Positions 25,760-39,018 of a DNA stretch of 64,000 nt are shown one piece after another. The DNA is from Camelus dromedarius. Taxonomy: Eukaryota. Positions within the stretch are counted from its first letter, which is position 1. Every line of letters begins with the position of its first letter. The position numbers were made by a program, and so were the translations under genes. The notes beneath the pieces are model-generated. The model made no database searches. It was not told the DNA's origin and saw nothing but the letters and a program-made list of their open reading frames with translations. The DNA lies in the NCBI RefSeq assembly GCF_036321535.1, contig NC_087438.1, positions 8,744,001 through 8,808,000 on the forward strand, given 5' to 3'.

Positions 25760-26157
25760 TTTCTTTTTATTGAGATATAATTGACATTCAACATTGTGTA
25801 GGTTTAAGGGGTACAATGTGTTGATTTGATACATTCATAAGTGGCAATGTGATTACCACCATAGTGTGAGCTAACACCTCTCTCATAGCCCATAATTATC
25901 TTTTTTTTTTTTTCGATGGTGCCAACAATTGAGATCCCGTCTCTTAGCAACTTTGAAGTTGTCCAAAATAGAATTGTTCATCATAATCACCATGCGAGCA
26001 TTAGATCTCCAGAACTCATTTAACTACAGTTGAAAGTTTGCACGGTAAGCAACATCTCCCCAGTTCCGCACCTCCCAGGCCCTGGTAACCCCATTCCATT
26101 CCTCAGTTTCCACCAGTTTGGCTTGTTTAGTTTCCATGTACAAGTGATATCACTGCA
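25760..26157 (-). mobile_element. L1 3' end (late L1MA or laurasiatherian type)
   Basis: tttattgagatataattgacattcaacattgtg...cattagatctccagaactcatt...ccctggtaacc...ttccatgtacaagtgatatc. Confidence 0.85.
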
Positions 26158-27228
26158 GACTCTAGCTTTGTGCTCTATGATCCAGGAGATGAAGCCTTGA
26201 GAATATCTTAAATTCAGAGTAAAATTTTCTACAGTTATACATTTTTTTTCTTTCACACGTGGTTCTGAATTTTCCAAATTCCAGCTACTGCTTATATCGT
26301 TAAACAGAAATATCAAGTGTGAAATCCTTATATTTTAAAACTTTCAATCTTAAAAATTTTGCTAATGGCCCTTGAATCTCTGTCCTGAATCTTTAGGAGA
26401 ACAAAGAAAAGGTGCGTCATGGTTCATTTTAAAAACAAAAAGTCTCATGCAGGAAATTAATTAAATTAATGTTAAAGTCGTGGCATCATACCAGGTAAAC
26501 GTGATGTTTTTCAGTCTGTAAGATAAAAAGCATAATCCGAATAGTACTATGTTTTCAGTTATATGCATGGTAACCTTTATGTATAAGATAAACAGAATTT
26601 TCCACACTTATTTATAGACTATAGGCAGTCATATTTTAATAGAAGGATTATTAATTTTCAAATAGCTTAATACTACAGACAATGAAATAGCTTTATAAAT
26701 CATGGATATTGATCTGAATAAGTCACTCTTCCAAGAGATTAAAAAGAAAAAATTGAATGAATCGTAGAACAAAACTAATGATTCAGTTTTTCATTTTTAG
26801 TGATGGAAAAGCCAGGCAATCAAACAAAGAGATACATTTTCAAACACATTTGTGAGTCTAAATATAACTTTACAATAAAATTAGATGCCAGAAAAGAATA
26901 TAAAAAAGATATTGATATAAGTGTTTATGTTCTTATGAATAAAGTTCTTTTATTACGACACTTAATTATTTTTATGTGAATATAAAACCCTGAGGTAGTG
27001 ATAACTATTTTTCATGAAATAATCTGACAAAAACGTTCCCATGAAAAAGAATAATCTTATTATATGATTTTCAACCTCGTTTATGTCCTGGTTTTTACTG
27101 ATTCTTTTATCTGCCAGTCTGTGTAAAGTGTTTAAATACTTATAATTTTGATCTTAGCTGCATTTGTCTGGTCCTTATTCTATGGTAAGGAGATACATTT
27201 CTTCTCCTTCCAAAATTCTGTAACGTTT

Positions 27229-27650
27229 TGTGTAAGTTAACTATCACTGAATAATAAATCACCCCCAAATATAGTGGCATCAAACCATAAAAAGTTACTC
27301 TTTCACATATGTCTACATTGATTTGATGGTTCCACTGACTGGGCTGGACTTGTCAGGCATCGTGGTCAGATTTCTGGGAGCTGGCTGATCTGGGGAGACC
27401 TGGGTTGGACCTACTTGACTCTGCTCAGCTTTACATGGTCCCCAGTAGTCCGGAAGTTCATCCCAGGACAGGTTTCTCATTGTGGACAGGTCTCCAGAAG
27501 GGACAGCAGAAGTGAACATCTAAAAGCTAAGACAAGTCACAGGGTCAGTCTAGATTCGGTAAGAAATATTGCAAAGTCATGTTTCAAAGAATGAGAGGGT
27601 ACAAAAAAGCTGGAGAATAGGGGCCATTTTTTGACATCAGTCCTGACACA
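27229..27650 (-). mobile_element. MaLR LTR (older MLT1 subfamily)
   Basis: taataaatcacccccaaatatagtggcatcaaac...gcaaagtcatg...ggagaataggggccattttt...caca. Confidence 0.65.
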
Positions 27651-30174
27651 TATCATATGCTTTATTTATTTGATTACAGATCATTCAGGAATTGAGACGA
27701 GATTTTTTTAAGACAGTTGCCATTGGTATTAAAGAAGACAATAAGCCATTGTTTTAGTATTTTCTTTATTGTTGATTCCTGTGGCTGGTTGCAAACTCTA
27801 CAATGTCTTTTAACTATTTTTTATTAATTTTTATTTTTATATGTTGATATTCTATTTTTTTTGAGCACCTGTGAAGTAACATATTTTACAGCACAAAGAG
27901 GAAGTACCATCTGCGTTACATTCAGTGAGTTCGCTTTATGAGGGAGACAGTAAAGATACAAGAAAATAAAACATCATGGTTTCCTGAAAACTGAAACATT
28001 CACTATGGAAATTACAGGGAAGGAACAGCTAAGCCTTTCTGTGGGAGTCTGGGGATGTTTTCTTTAGATGGAAAGGGTTGATCTCCAGCTGAAGAGATGA
28101 ACAGGAGTTCATTACCTAGAAGGTGAAGGTGGGACAGGCATGTGACATACAGAAGATAAGTCGGTACACCCAGCAGTCAGGAGGAGGGAGCTGAGGCTGA
28201 AGTCAGAAAGGTGAAGGGCTTTGTAGGCTCTCGTCACAAATATGAGCATATTTTATGAGAATCTGTAAAATCTGTGAATCCACAAGACATTCAAACTCTG
28301 ATTTTTTTTAATGTTTTGTGGAGTCCCAGGTTCCTATTTATACCCAGAAAGCGTATATTTTCCTACCCCAACATACCTCCACCAAGCTTTTATTCTCCCA
28401 AGTGTTTGCTAATTTGACTTTGAACTCTAAGAAGGGGATTGAGTCATTTTTTCTTTTTTTTCATTTTTCCCCCTTTCCTTCCTTTGTCTTTTGAGTAATA
28501 GTACAATTTTGGCTAATAACCTGTGGCTCCTCTCTCCCATCTGCCACAACCACCAGTCAAGCTGTGCAAGATAGGTCAGTGAACTCACTCATGACCTGTG
28601 ACCTCCACTGCTTCAGTCTCTTGTGTCATGCTGCTGGCCAGAAGGCAGTTAAGAGCCTATCTGAATTTGGGTTTCAGAAATTAATCAGAGGCCATTTTGG
28701 GCCTATAAATGTAGTCCACAGTCCATAATTCAGTGTTAGTTCCATTAATAGATAGTGTTAATTTGCTTCCAATTTGAAATTTCTTTAGTGCAAATAGCTT
28801 TCAGAGTCTTTTGATGGAAGCATACTGGCACTAGGGCAGATCTGAGCCCACTTGCTTCTGAGATATTACATCTACTCTCTCCTTCCACACCACCATTGCC
28901 CCAAACACACGTGAGTCAGCAGAATTTTAGAGCGAGAAGAGATAAAATTTCTAGATTGTCAGCTCCTTGGTAGCAGGGGTGGAGTCTTGTTTATTATTGT
29001 TGTTGTTACTGGAATTATTATTTTAGTTCTTGGTTTATTGTCCAGTCCACAGTTAGTGCTCAAAAAATGACTATCACATGAATATAGTTCAACTCTCCTA
29101 TGTTGTCAAAAGGGAAACGTCACTTAATGTAAAGGTCACTGTTTTCCCATAATGTCATCTGTTGAGGATTAATTACTATGTTTTTTTCCCAGATATTTTT
29201 TCCCAAGTTTACTTGTGACTTTATACCTCTGTCCTCTACTATCACAAATAGTCTGATGTTCTAATGCTGGTCAGTGGTATCATTTATGTCTCACGATTTT
29301 CCAAAGCTTTTGGTAATCCTTAATACATAAGGTGATATAGCACAGTTTATTCATAGATATTCTCAGAATTAGGCTGTTTATTTTGGAGATCACAATACAG
29401 TCCCTCATTAAGTAAAATAAATCAGCTCAATTGGTCTGAGTTGGTGGACCAATGATCCCTTTCCTACCCTGACTCTACTAATTTTTGTAGCGAAGCTAGT
29501 AATCACTCCCCTTCCTGTATTCTTTTTGTAGATAATCTGTAGCCCCTTGAAGTTCCAACCGTCTGCTTCTGCCTTTATTGATTTGTTATCATTATTTTTT
29601 GGTAACATGTTACTCCTTTAATGCTGTTAACAGGACTGAAGTTTGGCCTTAAGAAACCTAATTTATATGCTATGCTGAGTCTAACTTTCTAAGAATTTGA
29701 ACTAGAAAGCTTACAGTCTAGGCTAATTAATTTATGCTTGGTGTTGAACTTGAGTGATCGTTTGGATGAAAAGCCAGCGTGAACGATAGGGTATACTAAG
29801 CCACTGGGGGACAGAAAAGACGTAACTCATTAGGAAATTTGTGTTTACGGAGACGTAGGGGAGTGCATTAGACGGCACAGCAAGAGGCAGAGACGAAGAG
29901 AGAAAGAGTTTCAGTTTCTAACTTTCAAACACCAGATCCAGGTACCTTGGGTGTGCATTTTTTCTATTTCCACAAATATTTAGAAGGTCATCTATGTGCC
30001 TTAACAAAATAAACTCCTATACCTATATCAGCATGAATGTCTTTCTGTTACTGCAATTAAATAATAACAAACGCATTATAACTTTTGAAGCTTCAAGTCC
30101 ACTATTAGAGATACCTTTTCTGAAATGTGTTCCAAAAATATTTTCTTCTAACTTTCTTCTATTCTCTTTTGTAG

Positions 30175-30302
30175 CTGAGATTAGTACCACTGGAGATGAC
30201 TTTCTTCAAGCCACTGTGTTTTCCAGTTCTTACTATGATCGTTGGTTCCAAAGGGCACCTGTTCCATCAGACTTTGAAATATTGATAAGAAGCAGTGTCT
30301 AG
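30175..30302 (+). other. Candidate exon with a very strong 3' splice site (possible terminal exon)
   Basis: Branch-like ttctaac at 30146-30152, then tttcttctattctcttttgtag|. Frames read LRLVPLEM...QTLKY* (TGA 30283-30285) or (A)EISTTGDD...IRSSV* (TAG 30300-30302). AATAAA near 30490 and 30621. Confidence 0.4.
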
Positions 30303-33300
30303 CCAGTAAACCCCCCATGCATCACTAGGAGAGTATTTGAAAGCAGGATTCTTGCTCAGTTTTCTATTCTGCAAATGCATGTTGGCTTTAAAGGTCAAGA
30401 ATGGTACCACAGGGATTTCTGATTGCATTATCCTGATTTCTCAGCTCTGAACCATTTTCTTTCCAAAGCTATAGAAGCAGAGGCTCTAAAATAAATTTAG
30501 TCATTACCCTTTATGATATTACCTCCACTTCTTTGCCTCTCTGGCAAAGCGCCTGATATTGGCTGACAGTGGAAAAGAGCTTTTCAATTCTGTCTTGGAA
30601 GAAAGGGAAGGAGAAAATCAAATAAAGAAAACCGGAGTACAATGGACTTCAAAATTCTACTGTCTGTTGTTTGCCAGTGACTGGTTTTCTAAAACACTGA
30701 TCAAAGTTACTTGAAAAAGCAAAATCTGAGCTCCTACACACTTTCTTTCATTAATCAATGTATTCACTTACTTATGAAGAGGAATATATAACATTGAAAT
30801 ATTTCTTTATTTCTTCAAGATAACTTAATTTCTTTGCTTTTAAGAAATATATTTTATTATAGGAAATATATACACCTAACCTGGAAATACCAAACACATG
30901 CCTGTATACAAGCTTGTGTATAATATAAAAGAGTTCTTTAAACTATGAGTATTGTTTAGTATGACTTTAAGGAAAAGCACATGATCATGGTGAATAATTC
31001 ATTCTCACATTTTTCAAAAAGTGTATTTGTTTCTTCGGCTTAAGACGCTCATCACAAGTTTAACATCTCATGTAAAACCTGCTTCTTTGATTGACTTTTC
31101 TTTTCAAACTAGTCTATTCACAATTTTGTCCAGGTTTCATTCAGTTTTAAATATGAATCCCTTATATTCTGGGTTTCCTTCTTGTGTATAGAAATGCTAT
31201 TCCCCCATAATATCTTTCTAGGCATGTATTTCTTACAAGCTTGACTATACTTTTTCTTGTTCCAATAACATCTTAATGTCAATGTGAGACATGGCAGTCA
31301 TGTGCTGCTCTTGTCTGCCCACTACATCTTTCTCTTTGACTTTTTTGGCTATCTGGCGATGCCCTTACAGAAACACGTCTTCCCAACGTCATGTACTCCT
31401 GGTGGGAGAATCAACACAGATGCTCACTGCCCTGTGACCAATGGGTAGGCATCTAACCCAAGCCAGGCTAATGATTTGCAAACAGGAATTTGAAATGAAC
31501 TTTGAGAAACAAAATGGCAGAAAGCAGCAGCTCAGTGGCCCCACAGTGTTTTATTCACTGTCAATTATTTGGAGACTTTACTTCATTTCTGATGCAATTT
31601 TAATGCATTTGCCTTCAATCTCATTTTTAATTGAGAGGTGCCTCTGTGGCTTATGGCTTCAAGGCGGTTGTGACTTTACTGGCTGGGTTGGGATTGGAGT
31701 AGAGATGGGGGTGTGAACATCTGTCTCACACAAATGCTTTCCTCTTTCTAGGGTTTCCCTAGGGTTGTAGTTTTTAAAAAAAGAATGGAAAACAGTGAGC
31801 TCTACTCATGGTGTGAATTGAATAGTCCGCTCTTGCTGTTCGTGTTCTGAATCATTGTTATCCTACATATGAAATCTCAAGTCAGGACTTTGAAATAAAA
31901 GTGAACTTATCTAACTCAGCTCCCTACCCTACCTTACACCAACCACGCAGTGGAACAGGAGAAAAGGGGAAGGGAGGCTAAGTACACTGCAGACTCTGAT
32001 TCTCAAAATAAGTGAGTCCCTACCTCCCGCCTGCCTTCACAACCCTCTTCATCAAAGAGTTGGGACATCTGTTTCTCAACTTCCTGTGCATTGTGTTAGA
32101 TATTTTGAGTGATCCTGCAAATTCAAACAAGTAAAATGCTACATAAGATACATTTAAGAAGAAGAATATATTTATGAACGGACATAAAATAAGGAATCTT
32201 TGGATCCCCCAAATATAGTGAAAGCAGAATCTCTGGGAGAAAAGTGAGGGCTGGAATTAACTTTCACTCAGAGTGTTTCTGGAAACCTCGAATTTTGATT
32301 TTAATAGCCAGTTATACCAGATATGACAGCTGAAAACATTTAGGGTTTCCTTAATGTGAGGAAGCTGATAGGATGAATAAGAATGAGACTTGCCACCCAG
32401 CAGGGTGATCTGGATCCTTCCAAATCCAGAACCAGATGGATGATCGAGATAATGAAGTAGCTGAGACTTCAGAACAATTCGAATGTGAAGCGTATCCCAG
32501 CCTAGACACATTCCAGAGAAGTTGTAGGACCCCAAGGCAAAAGAGAAGATCTTAAAAAGTGGTGGATAAGTTTGGATGGGTGAGCCTCTTTAAAGTGGGT
32601 AGACTAGCAGCCTCTCTATTGCAACAAAGAAGGCAGAGCTTGATGGAGTTACGGCTGCGCTGAATTCGAGGAAAACGTCTGTTAACCTAGGATGCTAACC
32701 CGACAAATGATCTTTTAGGAAAGAAGGTGAATAAGGACATCTTTAGATACAAAAACGGTTTACTACTAACTACCTTCCTCCGACAGGGGAAAATGGATAG
32801 TTTCCAACAGAAGAAGGAAGGGTGCATAAAGATATTTGTAAAAAAGAGAGCAAAATTTAGTAAATACAGATGGCATAGAAGCAAATGATGGATAAAGCCA
32901 TAATCTGATGTTAGTTAAATTAAAAAAAATTGTGCATAATAGATTTAAATCTATTAATTAAATAGGTGAAGTCAGTATAAAGAAGCAGAAAGAATATATA
33001 ACACCCCAACAAGAAGAGGAGAAAAAATGTTTGAATGACAACACTTAGTTCATATAGAAGGTAGGCAAGGTGGGGAGGATGAATAGCAGGTCCAGTGATG
33101 CAAACCCCACCTCATCTGGAATAATTTTGGGCGAGAGGAAAGAGGGCTGGTATTGATACAGGTGGATCCTATGTGAAGCCAGGGCTGTGAGTCACTCTTA
33201 TTTGCTGCATCTTTCATATTTTCTTTGGTACAAAGTGTAGAGACCGAATTTTTTTAATTGAAAAGCATTTCCCATTGTAATGGTCTATAACATTGGGTTA

Positions 33301-34110
33301 TTCTATTCACTACAGAGCACATCTTACAAAATAAAAAATTACTGAATTTTACTCTTGTATGTAAATCAAATATCCTGCAACATAAATCTCAAAACCTTGT
33401 TTCAGTGTGTTTCAATATTCCTTTCCTTAAAGGAAAGAAATATTGTGCAAATACTGTCCTTCTGAGAATTTGTTTTCATCTTAAAATGTTACTGTTTTTA
33501 AATGTGGATTCTCCAAATGTCAACAAAAATGGTCTTAAGCCAAAAGGAAGGAGTTATTTTCCTCAAAAATTTGCACTACAATTATGATTATGTTGTCTTA
33601 GAAAAACTTCTAATTTTCATTTAATGAACATATGACAATATATTTAGTGAAATAAACTTACTCAAATGTCCGTTCGTATTTATTTGTTTTTGTAGACAGG
33701 TGACATTAATTGATTAGAAAACGAAAAAGCTACTTTATAATTTAAGGGTTTAATCAAGGTAATTAGAACGCTGAGTGATTCAATTATTTGATTTGATTAA
33801 TTTGATGCATTCTAATGTTTTTATTTGGAGAAATCAAAAAGTTGGGGTGAAACCGTAACAAGACGAGGATATCAAAAGTAAGGCGTAGCTTTAGGGCCAC
33901 GGAAATGTAGACTGTCTTACGTCTGGATATTAACATGAAAAATGTTGAAATTAACATTATAATTTCCCAAACTTTCTAGTACGTTGAACTGCATAAAATA
34001 AAGAATGAGGACTGTGTTTATGGGTATTTTTAATTAAATTAAGTTATTCTTTATAAACTGAATTTTTTTGTAAGTCTGTCATCTTTCTTGTTCAGCCTTG
34101 TAAATAACAT

Positions 34111-34190
34111 TTTTTTTAAAATTGAAGTATAGTCAGTTTTTAATGTTGTGTTAACTTTTGGTGTACAATATAATGATTCAGTAATATACA
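34111..34190 (-). mobile_element. Very short L1 3' end
   Basis: ttttaaaattgaagtatagtcagtttttaatgttgtgttaacttttggtgtacaatataatgattcag. Confidence 0.75.
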
Positions 34191-35009
34191 CAATAGTATT
34201 TTTTGATCATATTCGCTGAGATATTGTTTCTCTGCATGAAGCCTTATGTTAAGAAATGTATCTGTTTGATTTTAGAGTGTTTAAAAACATCTCCTCATAT
34301 GTTGTTTGCCTTAGGTTAATATCCAACCATTTTAAGCCCCTGATTTTCTGAATTTTATCTTTCATATTGCTATGTCATTGAGGATCAAATAGGCATTCAC
34401 AACTTCTTCCATAACTCTTGATTTCACGATGCATTGCTGCCCCACAGAGTCATGGGCTAACTAATGAATGAATGATTTATTTACTTACTTCTTGTAACCA
34501 GTCTCTATCTTCTTTGCTTCTCCTTTGACTATATGTTTCAATTAAAAAAAAATAAAACTCTTTGTTACAACTAGAATAAATTAAGTTTTGATCTGAATAT
34601 ACACAATACTACACTTTAATTAAAGATAGGTAGTACACAGTTTTTTTCCCCCCAAATGATTTTTATCTGGGTAAGTTCTGCCAACAATATATTTTGTTAC
34701 CATCTAAACGTGGTTTTATTCTCGCATTCATTTATTATTACAAAGGTCTTTAAATAGTGTCTGCCCATCAAGAATCTGGAAGAACTCAGCTTGCATTATG
34801 TGGCAGCTAAACCTTTATATTTCCAAGTGAGTTTAAAAGAATATCAACCAGACAAAGAGGACACATTGAGTGTGTGTGGAATGAGACAGGAACAAGGCGA
34901 TCCCATGGCCACAGAAACCCCAGACATCTCCCTCTTCTGTCTGACATGCACAGTGTTTGTTTTCTAGCCTTGACTCTTCCTTCCTTCAGTATCTTAGAGA
35001 AATATTATT

Positions 35010-35290
35010 GAAATGTATGTATGTTAATATTACTATTATGTTAATAATAATCATATACTACTAATTTTATATTGTATATTGTAATATACATAATATATAA
35101 TTATATAAACTTTTGTATATCATATACATTATATAAAATAATATATCATATAATAAATGCATAAGTTTATTTATATAATTACTTACATATTTATACGATA
35201 TATTTATATGACATAATTATACTTCTATCTATTCTTATAATTAAATATAAAATAATTAAGAACATTATCATTATTTGTGTTATTATCATA
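35010..35290. repeat. AT-rich low-complexity tract
   Basis: Nearly all A/T, degenerate (TA)n/(TAT)n. Confidence 0.85.
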
Positions 35291-35554
35291 AAATTGCCCC
35301 TCTTGCTTGACAGCCTGAATGCAGGACTGGCCCCCTGCTTCCTTAAACACTGGCCTTAGAATTATTCAAATATCCTGTGAATCCCTTTCCAAGTCCCCCT
35401 TACTGAGATGCCCCGCAGCTGCTCTGGCCTGTGTTCACCCTTGCTGTACGAGTCAATAAGCCTGACTTGGTTCATGTAGTCATTTCATGTTTTACTACAG
35501 GCATAGCATTCATTTAATCAGATCTGAGGATGAGTGCCATGTGGAGCATATCCT

Positions 35555-35735
35555 CACTTCCGTGTTAACCTTGGAAAGGCAGTTAGCTGAGCCCCTCTGA
35601 GCCTGAAAGTCCTTATCTACGTTGCGGGGATACAGTGTCAACCCTGTCATTTGTGTTGCTTTGGGGATCAAATGAGAACGTAATGGTGTATCAGTTATCA
35701 AGTGCTATGCAAACTTGAGTTGCTAATGTCATCAC
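35555..35735 (+). mobile_element. MIR fragment
   Basis: accttggaaaggcagttag...ctctgagcctg...ccttatct...ggggatcaaatgaga...aagtgctatgcaaa. Confidence 0.6.
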
Positions 35736-36614
35736 ATTCCATTATCATACTATTTAGGCAAAATGCCATTTTTGCTCACCCAGTGCCCACTGAGCTCTGG
35801 CCTTCTGCGTTAGCTTTCATGAATAGAAAATACTGCTTTCTGCACTGCACCTAGCAATGCCTGATTGCTTGACATGTGTCATCAGTACTTTATTTATTAA
35901 AGATGTAGGGCTCAAAAATAAATGGCGATAGTTTTTCTACATACTCCCATGTTTTTTATGGTAGATGTATTTTGGTTGACTCTATTGACCCTGATTTTAA
36001 ATATTTTATATGAAGCAGAGTATAGCAGACAAGTTCGCCATCAATACGAATGTTATGTTTCCTGTATACTGTGTACTGTTTCACTTTAAACTAAGTGAGT
36101 TACCCGAACACATCAGACTTCTGTAGTCCTGGTTCTTAAGCAAAAGCAGGATTGTATTTCAGACCTAATAAATCAATATCCCTAAGGCTGGAACCCAACA
36201 ATCTGCACATTTCAGAAGTCCTCCGGCCTCCTGAGCACACTGAAGAGACGGATTCTGCTGGAAGGTCTAGACAACTCTGCTCTTGACAAATCAGATATAC
36301 ATCTTAAATTTCTAAAAAGATTTCACCTGTGGCATAAAACCTCACCTTTCAAATCACAGAAGAAAAAAAATCCACAAATCAAAACTATTATCAAATAATC
36401 TGAACATTTTGTTATAAGATTTCCTAAAATACCATAATATTTCAAGCAAAAAAATTCATGAAGAAAAGTAAAAATTTTCTTACTCCAAAATAAAATGATG
36501 TAAAAATTATTTGGCTGTAATTTGTGACATCTGTAGTAGATTAAAAATTCTCCAATTTTCCATAGCCCTACTATGTTTATAACCAGTTTTAAAAATGATC
36601 AGGAATGTAGAAAA

Positions 36615-36963
36615 GGGAACAGAAAGCTTTTCTATAACAGGTCACATGGTAAATATTCTAGACTCTTCAGCCATACATCTTCTGTGTCCACTACTTGAGT
36701 CTGTCCTTGTAGTTCAAAAGCAGTCCTGGAAAACATAACTGAATGGGTATGGATGTGTTTCAGTGAAAATCAGTTTATCAGAGGGAGGGTATAGCTCAGT
36801 GGTAGAGCGTGTGCTTAGCATGCAGAAGGTCCTGGGTTCAATCCCCAGTACCTCCATTTAAAAAGCTTAAGTAAATAAGTGAATAAATAAACCTAATTAT
36901 GTCCCCTCCCCCCAAGAATTCAATTTAGCAAAACAAGCCCCGGTCTTAGTGTGCCAATCCCTG
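36615..36963. mobile_element. MER58-like hAT element interrupted by a SINE
   Basis: cttttctataacaggtcacatggtaaatattctagac...ccactacttgagtctgtccttgtagttcaaaagcag...gaatgggtatggatgtgtttcagtgaaa, ending gccaatccctg after the SINE. Confidence 0.75.
36781..36915 (+). mobile_element. tRNA-Ala-derived camelid SINE (Vic-1-like)
   Basis: Head ggagggtatagctcagtggtagagcg...ttagcat...ggttcaatcccc, with A box at about 36792-36802 and B box at about 36835-36844. Tail aaataaacctaatta...cccc. Confidence 0.85.
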
Positions 36964-38129
36964 ACATCGAAGTTAATCTCTTTTTCACTGATTATTGTTA
37001 AGAAACCTAAATGTCGACAAATTCTTGAGACCATATGAAGGCTTGGCATATGATACAAGACCTCAGGAATCCCAGAATTGAAATCTTCTCAGTGCTTTAG
37101 GATGCTTGTTTTCTAGATTTTTTTCTTAGTAAGTACAGTTTTGTTTTATTTTTCTGTTTCTTTAACAGTTTAACTTATCTTGTATCCAGTACTATTGTAG
37201 TTGCAAAACAAGTGTAGTATCCAACAGACAGAAGAACAGTTATTTACCAATACTTCTCAGTGTTCGTGTATAAGCTAATTTAGTCATAAGCAAACAAGAT
37301 CTTTTATTAGGATTATTTGTTTATCCTATAATCACTCAAATGAGTTATTTTCAGGGATAGATTTAATTCAGCATTAAATAGTGACCTAAATGTTAATCTT
37401 TCTTCTTACTTGAAATATTTTAAAGTGCTATACCGTGACATGGGATTAGAGCATGTAAATATTCATATCACCTGTCGGTTTGTATACTTCTTCATTTGAA
37501 AATAGTGTCCTCATTAAGAAAATGATAAAGTAAAATTAGTGTCTTTTCCTTTGATGCACGCATTTGGGCTGTATTAGCATAACGTGTGATCCAGAAAACA
37601 CATAAAAAGCCTTGCATTCAGAAATGTCACAAATGTCAAGAGCTTTCTGAAAGTCTGAATCACAGGAGCACCCGGAAAGATGTACATTTTGAAATACGCC
37701 ATAATCTATTAGGTATGGCAAGAACTGGCTTTTTAACAAAACTAACATTATCCAATCAAAAATTTCACTTGTCATAGAAAAATCTGGCTCTTAGAAAATG
37801 TCTTCTTTTTCTATTATGGAAGCTGGCAGCTCTTTAATTTGGGCTTCCTTGCATATGCCTTATTATTCCAAGGAAAAATTTCACTTATCGTTATTAAATT
37901 ATGTGTTTCTCTTAATAGAATACGTGGAGATCCCAACAGAATCACTCACATGGAATTCACCCACCAAATCTGACTAAAGTACTCTTTGGATGTGATAACA
38001 AAGAGGTGTGTGCTTTTCACTGAGTACAAGAAATTAGTGTGCAGAACTAAGCTGCACTGATCCAGAGTGGTGCCTGGCTCGACAGGCTTGACAAAGCAAA
38101 GTTTATTAATTGCCTTTTCTTCCCTGTAA

Positions 38130-38524
38130 TGTTGGTTCCAAACTTTGGGAGTCCCCCAGGTGGAATCTGAAACTGGCTTTCACACATGGAGGGCAAAGAG
38201 AGAGTGGAGAAAAAGGCAGATCACTCCAGATTGCTTGACAACAATATTAACAAGCATGGGAATTTACCTGCCAGGCTTGGGCATCACAAGATTAGTAGAC
38301 CACACTTGCCCACCAGCATCTGCACAGTTTATAGAGAGGCCTTAAGTGGGTTCAGTCGCAGACACATTCAGGTGGTCTCAACAACATGCTGCCCTCTCAA
38401 GGCTGCGTCCTTGAAAAGGGCTCAGGCTATGGGAACTGTGGGCAGAAGTTACATTCCAAGGACAGGGAAGGCTTGGATGGGGAGCCTTTGGTTGCTAGCA
38501 GGTCCTCTTATGATCTCTTCCAAT
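38130..38524 (-). mobile_element. Probable ERV solo LTR
   Basis: Begins tgttgg and ends ...ttccaa. GC-richer body gcagatcactccagattg...aacaagcatgggaattt...ttacattccaaggacaggg. Confidence 0.5.
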
Positions 38525-38947
38525 CTGTATCACTTTTCAACCCCCTGCTCATGTTTCTTTTCCATCCCCGATAAACTGCTTGACCTTCCAGCTTTGTCAG
38601 GGCATCTGCCTTTGGAGTAATTCAGTCGCAATGCAAAATTGATAAATGTCATTTTTGTTACAATTGTTTTATCAACAGTGATTGTGTTATTCTGTGATAA
38701 CAAACCGAAATATAACTTCCAACACTTTGGACTATTTTAAATTGATTAATAAATAAGCTTTTTGAGTATTTGGACACTTTCTAAGAGAGATTTAGAGCGA
38801 TTCAAATCCATAAAAAGAAAAAGCCAAAGTACTTGGTCCCAAAGCAGTGGTTTTCTTTTCTTTTCTTTTTCTGTATAAAAACATTGCAAATTATAAATAA
38901 GAGTGATATGAGTTACTTATAATATGCTTAAAATTAGTATATATATA

Positions 38948-39018
38948 TTTTTTTTCTTTTTTTTCATTTTCGTTATAGGTTATTACAAGATATTGAATAT
39001 AGTTCCCTGTGCCATTCA
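38948..39018 (-). mobile_element. Short L1 3' UTR fragment
   Basis: ttataggttattacaagatattgaatatagttccctgtgc. Confidence 0.7.

Noticed and set aside
36781..36856. Functional tRNA-Ala gene
   Set aside because: It continues into a SINE tail shared with the copy at 43280, sits inside a MER58, and has flanking duplications.
37568..37712. Possible + strand exon ending TAG|gtatgg (…QKCHKCQELSES…)
   Set aside because: No convincing in-frame acceptor, and the peptide is unrecognised; too weak to call.
38186..38620. 144-aa ORF
   Set aside because: Lies within a probable solo LTR and shows no gag, pol or env motifs.
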